From the NCBI GenBank assembly GCA_003427395.1, contig BFEA01000023.1, forward strand, positions 4,879,699 through 4,943,698: DNA of 64,000 nucleotides. The letters are read 5' to 3'. The first letter of the stretch is position 1; the number at the start of each line of letters is the position of its first letter. Shown here one piece after another: positions 1-14,228 of the stretch. The stretch comes from Chara braunii. Its lineage: Eukaryota; Plantae; Charophyceae. The notes under the pieces were generated by a model. It made no database searches, was not told where the DNA came from, and saw only the letters and a list, made by a program, of their open reading frames with translations. The position numbers and the translations under genes are program-made.

Positions 1-58
<58 letters not shown>

Positions 59-290
59 CGCGCGTGTGGAACTGTGGTCTGGCTCGTTTGTTTTTCTTTT
101 GTTTTTTTTTGTAAGAATGTTGTTTGTTTTTTTCTTTGTTCTCTTTTTTTTGGTTCATATGGTACTACCGGTAGGCCACGGGTCGGCAAGGGTCGGGATA
201 CCGGTCGGCTGAGCCTGGGCATGGATAGCTGAGAAAGGGGCTCGCCACACAGGCTTTCGAACGAAGGCATTTTTCGAAAGGTGTCAGACC

Positions 291-1674
291 TTTTTTTTTT
301 TTTTTTTTTTTTTTTGAAATACCATGATTCCATTATAAGGGCAAAAGGAGGCTGGGAATCCCTCCACATCTCAACCCGGGAAGGGGAACCAAGCCTCAGA
401 GAGGCTGGCTGGAAACCGGGTCCAGTGTCCCATTCTCCTGCCAATAGTCTGCTATCTCTAAAATAAGGCTGACAGAAACAGACTAGTAACATCTACCGAA
501 ATTAAAAGCTAGCCAGAACAGACTAATAAACTCTACCAAAGGACACAATTTATAAAGCTACATCCTATCTATACTCCTAAAGACCTTCCTATCCGGGAGC
601 ATTACCCGGCTTCGCTTAGCGGGAGTCTATCATCGACCCTCCAAGTCTTCCTACAGTCCTCTGTCTGTTTTCTGCATTACCCTGGGGGGCGGGTCCAATG
701 TCCCGTGTTCCCCACTGCTCTCCTACTGCTCGTGTTCCCCACTGCTCTCCTACTGCTCCTGTCAGCGGTAGAGAGGCCAATTAGAGATACCAAAGGATAT
801 CTGAGTCAAACCCTACTACTATGCTTATTCATTGCTACGTTCTCAGACTGCCCGAAGGTTGAAAGTTCGAGGGAGAGCTAAACTTAGCACGGTACACCAG
901 AACCAGGATCACACTCCTCTACGAATTCTGGGGCCCAATTGAATTCCCCAGAGTTACCAACGAAGCAAAATGTCCAAGGTTATCTGTACCAAACACAGTA
1001 TTCTCTCATACTACTACTACTAAAGCCATCTTAGGAAATCAAACCAAACCTCCGACAAGATAACGGGGGACCGGTTACTAGATTCACTGGTTTAACAGTC
1101 CGGAGCTCAGCGTTCCTTTTACCGTCTACCCCCCAATATCTCGGCAGCCCAGATCTTACCCGGTTCATCTTCTCATAGATGTCTTCCATCTAGATCCGTG
1201 CTGGGGTCGGCCTAACCCGGCTCCCCAATGTATCTGGTGATCCAGCCCTCAACCATGGGCCAATTTCCAGTTTTGAGTCGGCTGTGACTTTCGTCAAGTG
1301 ATTGCCTATTGCCCAGGTATTCGAAAACCACAGTGTCCCTTTCCTCTGCCAATCTGCTCTGACTATCTGCCTTATTCTCTGTTTCACCATGTTCTGAGCC
1401 CTGCTGAGCAAACCTCACCTCTGAATAGTGCGTCGTTTCTTCCCTGCCAGATTACTTCCATAATTAGCCCTCTGCAGGTTTGCGCAATGTACCCCCAGCC
1501 CTTCTCAAACGGCTTTAGGCTATCCGCCTTTCCTGTGAGAATCCAGGAGTCAGACCAGACAAATGATTGATCGGGGGAACTTTCTGAGAAGTTCTTCCAG
1601 TGTCTGCGCCACCATTGCCAAAGTTTAATCGAGAAGGGACAGTGGAGCCACAGGTGGGGTGTTGTTTCCCACGC
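291..1674 (-). mobile_element. 5'-truncated L1-like LINE (ORF2 C-terminus, 3' UTR, poly-A)
   Basis: Poly-T at 291-315. Minus strand reads ETTPHLWLHCPFSIKLWQWWRRHW...DWQRKGTLWFSNTW, homologous to the C-terminus of the large LINE. Flanking direct repeat GTGTCAGAC at 281-289 and 1675-1683. Confidence 0.85.
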
Positions 1675-1772
1675 GTGTCAGACTTTTTTCGAAAGTCTGC
1701 TCGTCGAAAGGAACCCCCCCCCTCGCCACACAGACTTTCAAAACACCCAGGCCTTTCGATAAATGCACATTA

Positions 1773-1885
1773 GGGCCTGGCTCATTGCTCAAAAACGAGA
1801 GTCTGAATCTTTGCCTGGAACATGGAAAGATACTTCGCCATATTTTTTGTCGTTTGCGCCTGTCGAGAGTAGTGGAGCCACGCCC
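1773..1885. mobile_element. Small Harbinger/Tourist-like MITE (GGGCCTCGC family), degenerate
   Basis: Aligns by eye to 59798-59919 (gaacatggaaagatac...tttttgtcgtttg...tgtcgagagtag); flanks TTA/TTG. Confidence 0.75.
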
Positions 1886-2169
1886 TTGGAATAGCCCCTT
1901 TTTTTTCTTTTTTTTTGCGACCGATCAGCCGTTTTGGGTGGGCCTTTTGAAAAGACCACTCGATGTCTTTCGAGGAAAGGCTCGTGACAGGCGGGAGGAG
2001 CTCATATGTTCGTAAGGACTTTCAACGCCGGCCCATCTGACACCTTTCCAAACTTTTTCGAAAGAACAGGTTTCGAAAGGCTGTGTGGCGATGACACGGC
2101 CTTGATTTTGCGCGTTTCGAAAGCCTGTGTGGCGAGCCCCAAAGGTATTGGTGGTTTAAATGAGAATGC

Positions 2170-2408
2170 TAAACCACCAGCGTGCTTGCCAGCCGTTTTC
2201 TAGGACGCGGCTGCATGTGCGCTATGTGGTGGGATGTACCGGGGTGATGGTTCACGGAAAATACATCCAGGCAAATCGCGTTGCATGCAAAGCCCGTTTT
2301 GCCTGGATGGACATTTTGGGAAGCAACACCTGGACACATCCTGCCAGACGTGGCCTGCATGCAGCCGCGTCGCGGAAAAAATGGTTGGGAAACATACTGG
2401 TGGTTCAA
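2170..2408. mobile_element. Foldback/MITE-like long imperfect palindrome
   Basis: Nested inverted pairs aaccaccag/ctggtggtt, gacgcggctgcatg/catgcagccgcgtc and catccaggcaaa/tttgcctggatg. Confidence 0.7.
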
Positions 2409-4796
2409 TAAAAACCATTCACTACTTTAGAAAGCAGGTTGCGAGGAGTAGGGTGGTTGGGTTGGATATAGCTCAGTGCCTATGAGGGGGTTGAGTATGT
2501 GAGGATGGTTGCATGCATGTGAATGGGGACAAATCCCCATGCATGTGTTTGTGGATGGTTGCATGTGTGCATGGGAGGGTGTGTGCATATTGGGGCGGGG
2601 GCATGTGAGCTAAAGATAGGATCACAGAAATGGTGGTTTTCTACGTAGCCTAATTGATAGCCTAGTCGATAGGGGGATTGATACCCCAAGTTGATAGGTA
2701 AGTTGATGAAGTTGATGTCCTAGTTGATAGATGAGTTCATATCCCAAGCGATAGCCTAGTTACTAGGTCGGTTGTAGTATGAGACAGAGAGTTGAAGATC
2801 CTCTGTGCCCTTGCAGGATCTTAGTCAATACTAGGGTGACAGCTATGCTAGCCACACTACTTGGGACCCTGGACTAGTACCTGGAGCTCGTTCCAGGACC
2901 TGGATAAGTCTATACTAAGGTGACACTATGACAACCACACTACTAGAACCCTTTGGACCAGTACCTGTTCCGGTACCCTGATAAGTTTGTACCAAGGCTG
3001 TTCTGGTAACCTAATAAGTTTGTACCAAGATAACAGTTATATCAACCACGACTGGACCCCCCAAATCCAGCACCTAAAGGTCGTTCCAGTACACTGACAA
3101 GTTTGTACTAAGGTAATTGCTATATCATCCTCAATTGAATCCAAAGATGGGTGTTCTTATTTTAAAGCCTTGCCAATGGTAGTGGGATTCATAGTATTAT
3201 TACATGCCATGGTTCAAATGTTATTATATTGTACTAACTTGGGTAAGTTCCTCAATGTGGATGTAGAGGAAAGGTTAAAAGAGGGAAAGGTCAAATGGTT
3301 GTGTATGTAATCATTATGTTGGGAGTCCATATGAGGTGCGGGATTGCTATATGGTGCGCTTACAAGTACTAATTTGTTGATTTTTTTACGAAAAACAATT
3401 ATATTTTATGTGAATATGTATACTCTTATGCATATAACTAATAGTAGGTTAATATAAGATTTATAAACATATATATAGTAAGGCATATGGTCTAAGTTTC
3501 ACAAAAAAACAGAGCCCCAATATTTTATTTTGTTAACTATCATGGTGATATGATAATATGTGTGCAGATAGTACAACCTTGCGTTTCAATGTATCGAGTT
3601 ATAACCGGTCTAAAGACTTCTTGCACTGATTGCCTACCTCCTGAATAAGGAGTTTGCTAGTAATCTATCAGTTATTGATATTCACCTTCTCTTTTTTTTA
3701 AGCCCAGGTTGTTGTAGCGGTTGAATACTAGACATACGACAATCATCTTGATACGAGTGTAGGCATAAGTACACTGAGATCATGACATGTTTTCACAACA
3801 GTTGATAAATGTCAGATGAAATTTTCCTGAAAATTGTGTTGACCTTCTAATTTTGGTAAGGAGACCCGTATACGTATTCCATAAGTTTTGTTATTTTAGG
3901 TCAGGTAAGGAGTAAGGTATTTAGTGTAGGAATGCGGGTTGTTTTTTAAAATGCGACCTTTATTTCTAATTCAAGGATTTTTGTTCGGCAAATATTATTT
4001 TATAATTTGCAGTAATTTTTAACGATTTACTTCTTATTTCGTTATCATTCATAGTCTAACGTGTATGTTTTATGTTATTGGTAGATGCATTAGCCTTATT
4101 GCACCCATTCTTTTATCTTATTAGGGTTTATATGTCAAATTTGTCTCTTTGGATTATTATAGGGTGATATGTTTGTTTTAGTTTTGTTATACTTTCGCTT
4201 TTTGCTTTAGTGAGTTTTTTGCTTTGTACGGCGGGTACTAGCGTACTAGGCTCTTAGCAGGTTCTCTGATAATCTAGGATCTCAATTTATAATTTATAGG
4301 CCCCGAGACTTATTAGGAATAGTCATTTTTTAGTTTCGCAATACTTATAAAAATGAAAGTTTAAATATTAGCAGTTTTGTAAGTGGGTATGCACGTACTT
4401 ACTACAGTATGTAAAATAAAAACCTTTAATATTTTATGGCGATGTATCTTTAAATACTACATCGCAGTTATTTTGGTTGAAAAAAAATAGTATTTGTGTG
4501 CATGTGTGTGCGTCTGTACGAGAGAGGGAGAGATGAGGGTCTTTTTTATTTGTTTGTTTCAATTAATGAGGGTCTCTTTTATCTGTTTGTTTGAATTATT
4601 TTACAATTTTTGTTGCTTCTTGAGTTGTAATTAAAAAAAAAGAAAAGGTTGATATAATCACGTATAAACATACATGCACATTACACACGAGAAGAAAGTC
4701 GCTCACATTACTGTAATGTTAATAGTCTACTATAATTTATATTATGCATATTAAATCACATATTATTATATTATAGATAATTTATATTATTATATT

Positions 4797-5560
4797 CAGT
4801 GCAACTGGCGTTCGGGACGGGCCGAACGGCCGAACCCAACCGCCCGAACGTATGGGACCCCTTGGGGATGTCTTCAGCCCGAACGGTCGAACGCGGACCC
4901 AAAAAAAAAAAAGAAAAAAAAAAAAGGTCATTCAAAAAATCTGAAAAAAAGTTATGTTATGGAGAAAAATAAATTAAAGAAGATTTGCTTGAGCATGACA
5001 TCCGAATTCCTTATCAAATTTGAAATAAAAATAAAATATGAAAATCAAATACTAATAATATAAATAAATAAAATAAAAAAGAGAATTAAATTTAGTGAGT
5101 GCACAGGCATGTTTTCGACACCACCATCTTTGGCGATTTTTCATTGTTTTTTGGCGTAGCTAAATGCCCTGAAAATTTACAGATGTGTACTTCATATAAT
5201 ACAAAACCCACTAAAAACGTTTCAAGAAATAATAAAATTGCTTAGACCCTGAACTAAAGTGAAAACAAGAAGTTAAAAGTGAAAAAATACGTGGGCGAGC
5301 ACGTTTTGACACCGCCATCTTTGGCGACTTGTAATTCTTATTTGGCTTAGCCAAATGACTTGAAACTTTACAGGTATGTACCTCACGTCATAAAGAACTC
5401 GCAAAAAAACAATTGAGAAAAAAATAATTATTGTTAGGCCTCGAAATAATTTTTGGCGGGGGTTGAACGCCGTCGGGTTCAGACCCCGTACGGGACCTCG
5501 AACGCCCGTACGTACGGAGGTCTGCATCGGGACCTCCGTACGTATGGGCTGGTGACCCTG
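4797..5560. mobile_element. hAT-type non-autonomous element
   Basis: Perfect 8-bp TSD ATTATATT on both sides, CAG...CTG termini, CCGAAC/CCGTAC-rich subterminal repeats, and an internal duplication of about 90 bp. Confidence 0.85.
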
Positions 5561-8500
5561 ATTATATTTCAAAATTCAGGTATTGTATAACTACATGTCG
5601 CTTACACACAATTTCACACCAGCATCGCACCCATGGACGCATAACCTTTTTTTTTTTTTACTTATTTAATTCTGTTTCTCACTTTGATCATATTTTATTT
5701 GTTTGTAACTTTGTATGACCCTACTAGGTTATATTTGACTTTCACAAACTGATTACGAGGTAGATTTTGGGTACACTCTCCATTGAGGTTTAACCTTTTA
5801 AATAGCATGCCCATGTTTAATCTTTCAATCAGTCACTAATAGTCCAAATAAAACAATCACTCACAATATGTTTCTTTGTGGAGTTATGTAAGGTGAACAT
5901 GGCAAAAAATACATACGCACATGCAAAACCTGTGAGGAGAGGAAGTGGTGGCGAGAGGGATAATTTGAAATACGAAGAGAGGGAACTTGAGCAGTATGAT
6001 AATTCTTTTATAAGTAGTAATAGATGGAGTATCATAGTTTGAGTGTCGTGTTAACACCTCATCGGCTATGGTAACACAAGGATGAAAAGAGATTGGGTAA
6101 AAAAAATGAGATGGTGCTTTAGCTTGTATATTTTGTTGTATAGGGTAGGAGGCATGAAAAAACTCACTGCCACTTCGTCTATTCCATTTTTAAAAATTTG
6201 CGGCATTGTTTTTTCATTGTTTTTTAACTAAGGGACATTATTTCATTTAAATATGTGTACAAGTCTTTCAAAGTACAATGCCTTTCGACATATGAGTTCA
6301 ATCTATTTCATGGGTGTTGGTTGTCCTGAAGGAAGGAAGTCTAGGATTTTGTACTACTAAAGTTCGTAGAAGTGCTAATAGACGTTGGAAAGTCGGGCCC
6401 GCCAACATCAGGAACGGACTACCAAAAGGACTTCACAAATTGCATTGTGCAAACACTTTTTGTAAACATTTGCAAAATACTTGCGAGAAGATCTCGTTCC
6501 ACAAATTTCATCGTATAAGAACACACCCCTCTCAAGTTCACCTTATGTACTATACTATTTTGCAGTGTGGATTGTGTTAAACCACCACTACCTTTCCAAG
6601 TTGTAGTCCCATTCAGGAAAATAACGTCAAGCGCAAAGTTCGGGGGTCCGAGCGAGGGTGGGCAAAAACAAAACACTTGGGCCTTATAACCCCGATCAGA
6701 GGAAAAAAAAAAAAAAAAAAAAACACTGCAGAGTTAAAAGGAAGGACGTCGGGGAAAGTCACGAAGGAAGTGTGCTCACAGCAGTTCCTTCAGGAATGCA
6801 TCTAACCCAGAAGAGTCGATTGTTTCATTTTTGTTTCTTTTGTGTTTTTTTTTTTCATTTCCAAGTTAGTTTTAGTGTCCTGACCACGAGGCAAGGCGTT
6901 TTCCACGGATAACGAACAGTTGCAACCAACATGGCACTCTCACATGTACTCAAGATTTTGAGTCCACCTGCTTTTACGTCCAAAGAGGCGTTGCTGTTTT
7001 TGCTTTTGTTTATCTCGTACAGTCGTGTGTGCCGAGGGTTGTAACGCCCGTTGGTTGGGCATATTTTTATTCGTGTCCAATGTTCTGGATCCAATTGCTT
7101 TCACGTCCAAAGAGTCGTTGCAATTTTTTCTTTTTTTTTTTCGCTATTTTCGTGTTTTGCTTAGGGCAGAAACGCGTTTTGGCAGACTCTCTGGTATACC
7201 CAATGTTCTGTATACGTTTTTTTTTTTTGTCTTTTTTTTTTTTGACGGGTACGAGAAAATAAAATACAATAGGACCCAAACTCAACAAAACTCGGTGCAC
7301 AGTGAAATGCAGGGTCGACAAAAACAGGCTCACACGTAAGTGGTGGTTTAAAATTGTCACATTCTTTCTCGCCCATTAGTCGGTCTTGCAACCTGTCCAC
7401 CGCCCCTGGAAAGTCATAGGGTCTCATTTTTTGTCATTTATTTTTTGTTATAATTTTGTGGGTTTCTAGCCTAACTAATTAAGTGTTGGACGAGAGGAAT
7501 ATCATGCGCATGTAGTTAGGACATAATCGAAATTAGTCAAAAGGCTACTAAGGTTGTTGACTACCCTAAACCAAGCCATGTAGAAAACATTATCATTATG
7601 GTTGTTGGCAATCGGATTCGATCTGCTATACAAAAAGGTTGTGCATTTTACTTTTTTTGAAACATTTTGTTGCAAGAATATCAGGTTTTCACTTTCAGAA
7701 GGTATAGGGTGTCTGGTGAAAATTTTCATCAATGATATCGACAACAATTATCCAATATGATCGTTTGTTATCTCAAAACATTTTGCATATTGATTACATT
7801 TCAAATGAAGATGGACACTTATTTCTTATTTCTAGTAGTAAACATTTGTTCTCTCTTCGATAAAGAGAGGCATAGTGACATTTAACACTTATAATATTTA
7901 TCATAGATACAATTGGGAAACCTTGGAAGATCTTAAGCCATGATTGGTGGATCTTCATGCGCTATCTAAGCATTTTTATCAGATTTTGGTAGTAAAACGT
8001 CAACAATTGAAAGAAGAAATCACATTACATAAGTTGCACTTCAAAACATAGATGAAGTCGAAAAAGAATGCATTTACAAAGAGGTAATGTTTTCATAAGC
8101 AAATTTCATGTTAAGAGTGAGAGATATCATGTTGGGGAACTATCTATTAGATAAATACGGAGAATTTCGAGTGTTATCTATCTTGTAGATAAATACACGA
8201 AATTTGCAGTGTATCTATCAACCACACTGGTTTCACAACAAATCTCGTTCGCCTCCATTGAAACAAGTGTCGTTCATAATTTATTCGCTATATCAACACT
8301 AATTATTGGTTCCGATATTAATATGTCGAATGAGATAGTCAATTCAGAAAACCTAAGCCATTTTTTTCGTAGTTTTACTCAACAAGGGAGCCAAATAATA
8401 TGTCCAGCAACAAAAGAAAGCTAAGGCTGGACACATATGCGGATTTGCTTGCTACGAACCGCTTAAGATTATGTCACAATCTAAAGAAGCGTGCCTACAT

Positions 8501-9072
8501 ACAGTTGCATGTCTACATAGAGGGTGAGATCTAATGACCCTCTTTCAAGAACTCTGAGAACAGAGCCTCTTGAGAACTCATGAGTTGTTGTAATTCTGAA
8601 ACAACAGCTTCGCTTCGCTTCGAAAGTAGCCTGCTAGAGGGTTTGTCAACGAAAGATCCTATGTATTGTGGTTAGGATTCCAAATAGTCTCCACCATTGA
8701 TTGTTGCCACATGTTCCTTCAGTATCAAGAAACGTTTTTCCCAGCAGCAAGTTAACATCGGAGGAATTGGTTTCCTTCGATGTATGGCCCTATACTCATT
8801 CCTCACTGTATAATGTCATACTAGTATCGGTATCTTACCTTGCCACTGCCATTTAAGCGGATTGAAGAATAAAGTACATATTGGTGTAGTCATTTTACAC
8901 ACCCAGGCTCCAATTCATCATCACCCAATACACAACCCAATATTATCGAAAACTGCGTTTTTTCCTCCGTCTTTTGAATATTGTGTTCATCAGGCTAGTT
9001 CATCTTATCGTGGACAACAATAATTTATGCTACATCTTTTGAGCATTGAAGCCTTTGTTCTTAATTAGCCTA

Positions 9073-9534
9073 TCGTCTTCGCCCCGAGAGTTGTGTACGA
9101 ATATAATGCCCATCGGGCATTATGTTCGTTTATAACACCCGCGTACTATATTCAAGCCAGGCCCCAAAATTAAAAAAAAAAACAAAATCAAAGAATTATG
9201 TAAAAAGAAAATGTTGTCGAGGATTGGAATGCGACCAACTTTTTGTTGAGGGTTACTTCAGAATTCCTTATAAACTCGGATATAAAAAATAAAAACGAAA
9301 ATTAAAGCCAAAATATACCCCTTGGAAGTTAAAACGTATTCAACCCTCTCCAAAACCCATGTATAACCCCTTCCCCGTCCTTTAAAACCCATGTATACTA
9401 CCTCTTCAAGGCACTTTGCCCATGCAACATTCAAATATAACGCCTGAGCGTTCTATTTGAAAAAAAAGTGAGTAAACCAAAATTTTAGGGTAAGTTAAAT
9501 ATACCGCCCGAGCGTTATTTTCGGGTGAAGACGG
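9073..9534. mobile_element. Tc1/mariner (pogo-like) MITE
   Basis: TA flanks; imperfect TIR TCGTCTTCGCCCCGA / TCGGGTGAAGACGG; repeated ATAACGCC-like subterminal motifs. Confidence 0.6.
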
Positions 9535-12500
9535 TAGCCCATCATGCCCCAGCAACAGTTTGTAGGCTTGCAGTTTAATTTTACACCAACGATCTCTCTA
9601 AATAACCATTGATGTTGTGGGTATCACCCAATCATTTTGACTATTTTTTATCCACAATTGCACGTATCCTAGAGATTACCTACGGTGAACAGCATGTTTT
9701 CGCCCTAATAAAAACCAATGGAAATTATTATGGAGAGTGAACATTTCGTCACATTCATATTTGATAGGTTGTCGAATATATGTTGTCACCAAACTTTATG
9801 CCACCTCAGGCCAGACAGCAACTTTTGAGGGTCGAATATTGTATATATTTATGTGAGTTGTGTCCGTAAGGATAAAGCTGTTATCCCATATGGCCTGCTT
9901 CTTTGAGACTCGATGCTTAAGCTTTTGATGAACCCTTGCATCCTCCAACTGTGATTTGTTAACCAAAATCTAGCAAACCATTGTTTTATAAGTCAATCAT
10001 GAACACTTTGCGGCTTTTCGTAAGTCATATTACCAGGCTTACTCATGATAGTCTCATAGCAACTTATTTAAATTTTAAAATTTTACCAGCAAACCTATTA
10101 GATCCGTATATTTGCTTGAGATCTCTCAATAAAGAATGAGAACTTCATGAATCTGATACGGAGGAAGGTTTTTGCTTGTCTGATGAATGCCTCAAGCTTA
10201 GGGGCCAAGTTGTGGATCTGGATCTTTTGTCATTGGTCATGAGTAGCCTAATTATGACTTAAAAAAAAGCGAGGCAATTATCTCATCTTCAAAGTCTTTA
10301 TCACACCATCATTAGCTCTTGGCTGTGAGATATATTTTAAAGACATCTTTTTGATGCAGGTGGTCTCATCGGCGTTCCAAGTCCTCCTTCCATAAGCGTG
10401 CCAACAATGCAAATTTAAGATTGTAAATATGTTTGGGTTGTAACCACTTTATACCAATTTGTAAAATGAGTGCATTGTTAATCGTTAAAGCTCTACCCAT
10501 AGTGAGTTATGTAGGCCCTTTCATCCTGAGAGGGTCCGCATCACTACATAAATTAACATCTCTCTATGGTCTGTTGGGGGCCGAAGTGCAACATCTCTCT
10601 ATGGTCTGGTGGGGGCCAAAGTGCAATGTGTTAGCAAATCTAAGATTTATGATGACGTCTGTAGGCCCTTTCATCTTGAGAGGGTCTACATCACCACATA
10701 AATTAATGTCTCTTTGTGGACTAGTGAAGGCCACATGCAGTAAGTCTTATGCCTAGCACTCTGATAGTTGTCTCTTTAGCGTTCCTCTTAATGTTTGGGT
10801 GATTCAAGGGTGTTATCCATCTAGGTACAGCCACCCAACCCTTTGTCTTAGATCCCCAATTAATCCTCATGCATGCTGCCTCCGAGAACAAATAGACAAT
10901 TCAAAGACTATTTTAAACGTTTTGATGAGAACAGCGAGGTCACCTCTACAAAGGGTCGTCCTCGAGACAGACACGCGGTTTGGCTAGGACTGAAAAATTG
11001 TTATTTTTGCCTAAAGGTGCATAATTCATCAAGAGATTCAAAACAAACTACATGGGTCTATAGAACAAACATAAAAAATACGAATCTAGAGAAATGCCAA
11101 CTTTTTCATTAAAATATTTAAGAACTAGTCACATTGATGTACGCTAAAGCACCTATATATCACACAAAAACAAAAACAAGAAAAAAAGCAAAACATCAAG
11201 GCAATATGACAGTTCCAGTGCAACATTCGGTGAAAAACGATTCCCCCAATTGACCACGTAGTGAGATGAACAACAAGGGGTAATAATGACCTGCGGAGGG
11301 AGAATGATGACCGGTGTCCGTTTAGCATGAGCTTGGTTAAAGCGGCAAAGAGGGTCTCTTCCTCTATGTATCTTATAGGGCTCTTCCTCTATGTATTTTG
11401 TAGGGTTTTCCAAAACTACCCCAACTGGATTGTTCTTCTGACATCATGGTTCTCTGCTGTGGAGTTAGTAGCACGGTGAGCCTATAAAGTAGTATCAACC
11501 ACCTTATTTCTCATGTCATCTGAGGTCACCCAGTCCCATACCAAAGTTGAATTTAGGTAGTATCATGGGGCATAATCCCCTGTCTAGGCACATGTTGCTA
11601 GGGGTTGTCGGGCATCGAAGGTGCGAGGAAGAGAGGACAATGTATTATGCCTTGCTCTTGTTTTTATTTTCTGACAAAAAATATTCGCTGCAGTATCATC
11701 ATTAGCGGTCACACATGTAATATTCTTTTGTCATCTTCACCATAAAGACGAGCGGTGAAGGATGTGGCGAAAGGAGTATCGCCAACCGCTGCGGCGTTGA
11801 CGCCCGCCTATACGAAAGTCCAGGAAACGAGGAGCATCCACTATCATGTGCTGAAAGCCCCATACGAGGCAGCACTTTCAGCCCTTTGTCCCCTCGAAGA
11901 ATGTCGCCATAAGCACAAAGCCTATCCAGGAGGATTGCATGTCCACCATAGCAAGGACACTTGGTGAGGAGCAAGCATACACGGAGAGCGGAGTCGGGGG
12001 AGCCTAAGAGGTTGGCACCCAGGGACCGGCTGGCAGACATCGAGTAGTGGCGCCTACACGGGGAAAATGCAATGGCAACGTCTATGGACATTGTCGTAAG
12101 GGGCAGGGTTCCAAGGATGACAAAAGGCATGGGACGGATTACCGACAGAGGAAGATGAAGACTGCTCGCCAGACATTGAGACCTTGAGGTGCTTGAGAGC
12201 AAAGATATGGGTGGATGCTGGCAGCGTCCAGACAACGGGGTATGGTTTGGAGTCCAACGCTTGTCCGACGGAGCAAGCGGCGAGCAAACGATCAAACACT
12301 CCCCACCCTAAAATGCTAACCGCGTGAACTTGTTATCCAGACCTTGAATGCTGTAGAGTTGCGCGCGGCAATTCCACTGGCAAAGTCGTGCTTGGCATTG
12401 CAAGCTGCCTCATCCATAGATGGATTTTCAAATCCGGCTCTCTATGGTTGGGGTTCCGGAAGGTGCACTTCTGCATCCTGAAATCATTCGAAACGGACTT

Positions 12501-14162
12501 GGCAAACACTATTTGCGAAGTCCCAATGATTGGACAAGGATGCTAAGCGTGAAGGCATTTGCCATCACATGAAGGCCGCACATGAACATCCCACTATGGC
12601 TTGCGGATCATAACGCCAGACTCACGCAATGCGGGCTGTGCACAATGTGGTGAACATGTACAAGGAGAAGCGGATGTTGCATAAGGATACAGATAAGGAA
12701 CCCAAAACTCGAGACATTCCCTCGGAGTCATGAGCATGTTTCGGTAGTCCTTGCAGTGACATTGTGGATCTGCCGAACTTGAGGCATTGGAGGGACAAAC
12801 CATGCATGTCCAACGAGGCTAGTGTGTTCGCAGCGACAGTTGCCCCAACCCCTCTGGTCATGACCATACGCGGAGCGAGGACTTGGTTCTAGAGAGAGTG
12901 GCGAAGGCTGGCATTACGTCATGCGGATTTTTTGCTTACACCACCAGTATGTTTCCCAGCCAAAGAATGAAATATGGCACTTGATACGCAGGCCGGTTCC
13001 AGCCCCTGAGAAGAGTGCCTCGGAAATATTGGTGGTGAGGATTGTTCTTACAAGTATTTCTAGTACTCTGGATTCTGCTACACTAAAATTCTCAATAACC
13101 GTTTCCAAGATCATAGATGTTTTGATTGATGGATGCATATTGGAATTCATCCTTTAGCTTGACATCTTGAGCATTCAATATTTCTAGAGTTACATTATAT
13201 AAGAGCTCAGGCAATGTAATTCGCCCAAGTCTTAATAAACACTTGTAAGATGGTGCTGCGAGGCACAAGGCCTCGATATGCCCTACAGGACCTATTTTCG
13301 ACACAGTCGGCAGCCCTAAGTGAAGGCAGGCGAAGGTTATAATACAACCTTGTTCTAAGCTGAGCTCAGCCAACGGGGAAGGGGTGCTAGCAACTCTTAA
13401 AATTTCACTGAACTTGCAAAATTTCAGTCTCTCTCCTGTGAGACACCCAAGTGGTCTTTTAGCTGTTAGAAAACCCCTCAATCAAAAACTTGCAACACCA
13501 GGCACACCAGACTGAACTACTTTGTAGCATATATACATATAAATATATAGTTGACATAATATATTTGAACAAAAAGGAATATCCCTTCGGATAGGATTGC
13601 TTTCATATTCAAAGCAAGTAACCAGCCTCTCAAAAATAGTATTTTCTGGGTTAACCGGAACAAAAAGCATGTGTTTCCCCTCGATACTGCCATGCGTGGA
13701 TCGCGACTGATATAATACACCTATACCAATTTTAGATGACCCCCTCGTTAATGCTGTGTCTGGATTTGTCAGACTGATATCTTCAAGCCAAATTTTCGTC
13801 TCTGGATATTGTTCTTTACAATCCTTGTGCAAATGCACTAGTGTTGCTTATCACAGGGACGCAGTTGTGGAAGTGTATCCACAAGCAACGGAAAGTCTAA
13901 TTTCTGCATGTGCCAGGGACTTCGAATGGCTGCACAGGAGAGCCATTGCAAAATCCTTTACCAGGTGGGGACCACCACCACCACCACACACACACGCATT
14001 GTGTGTGTNNNNNNNNNNNNNNNNNNNNNNNNNNNNNNNNNNNNNNNNNNNNNNNNNNNNNNNNNNNNNNNNNNNNNNNNNNNNNNNNNNNNNNNNNNNN
14101 NNNNNNNNNNNNNNNNNNNNNNNNNNNNNNNNNNNNNNNNNNNNNNNNNNNNNNNNNNNNNN

Positions 14163-14228
<66 letters not shown>

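Larger units (their letters stand above)
237..2140. mobile_element. Non-autonomous PIF/Harbinger-like element hosting the truncated LINE and a smaller MITE
   Basis: 25-bp TIR GGGGCTCGCCACACAGGCTTTCGAA at 237-261 with its reverse complement ending at 2140; 3-bp flanks AAA/AAA; internal inverted subrepeats. Confidence 0.8.

Noticed and set aside
7500-13500. Possible decayed transposase or retroelement coding sequence
   Set aside because: Composition looks coding-derived in places, but I could not read any diagnostic DDE, RT or integrase motif.
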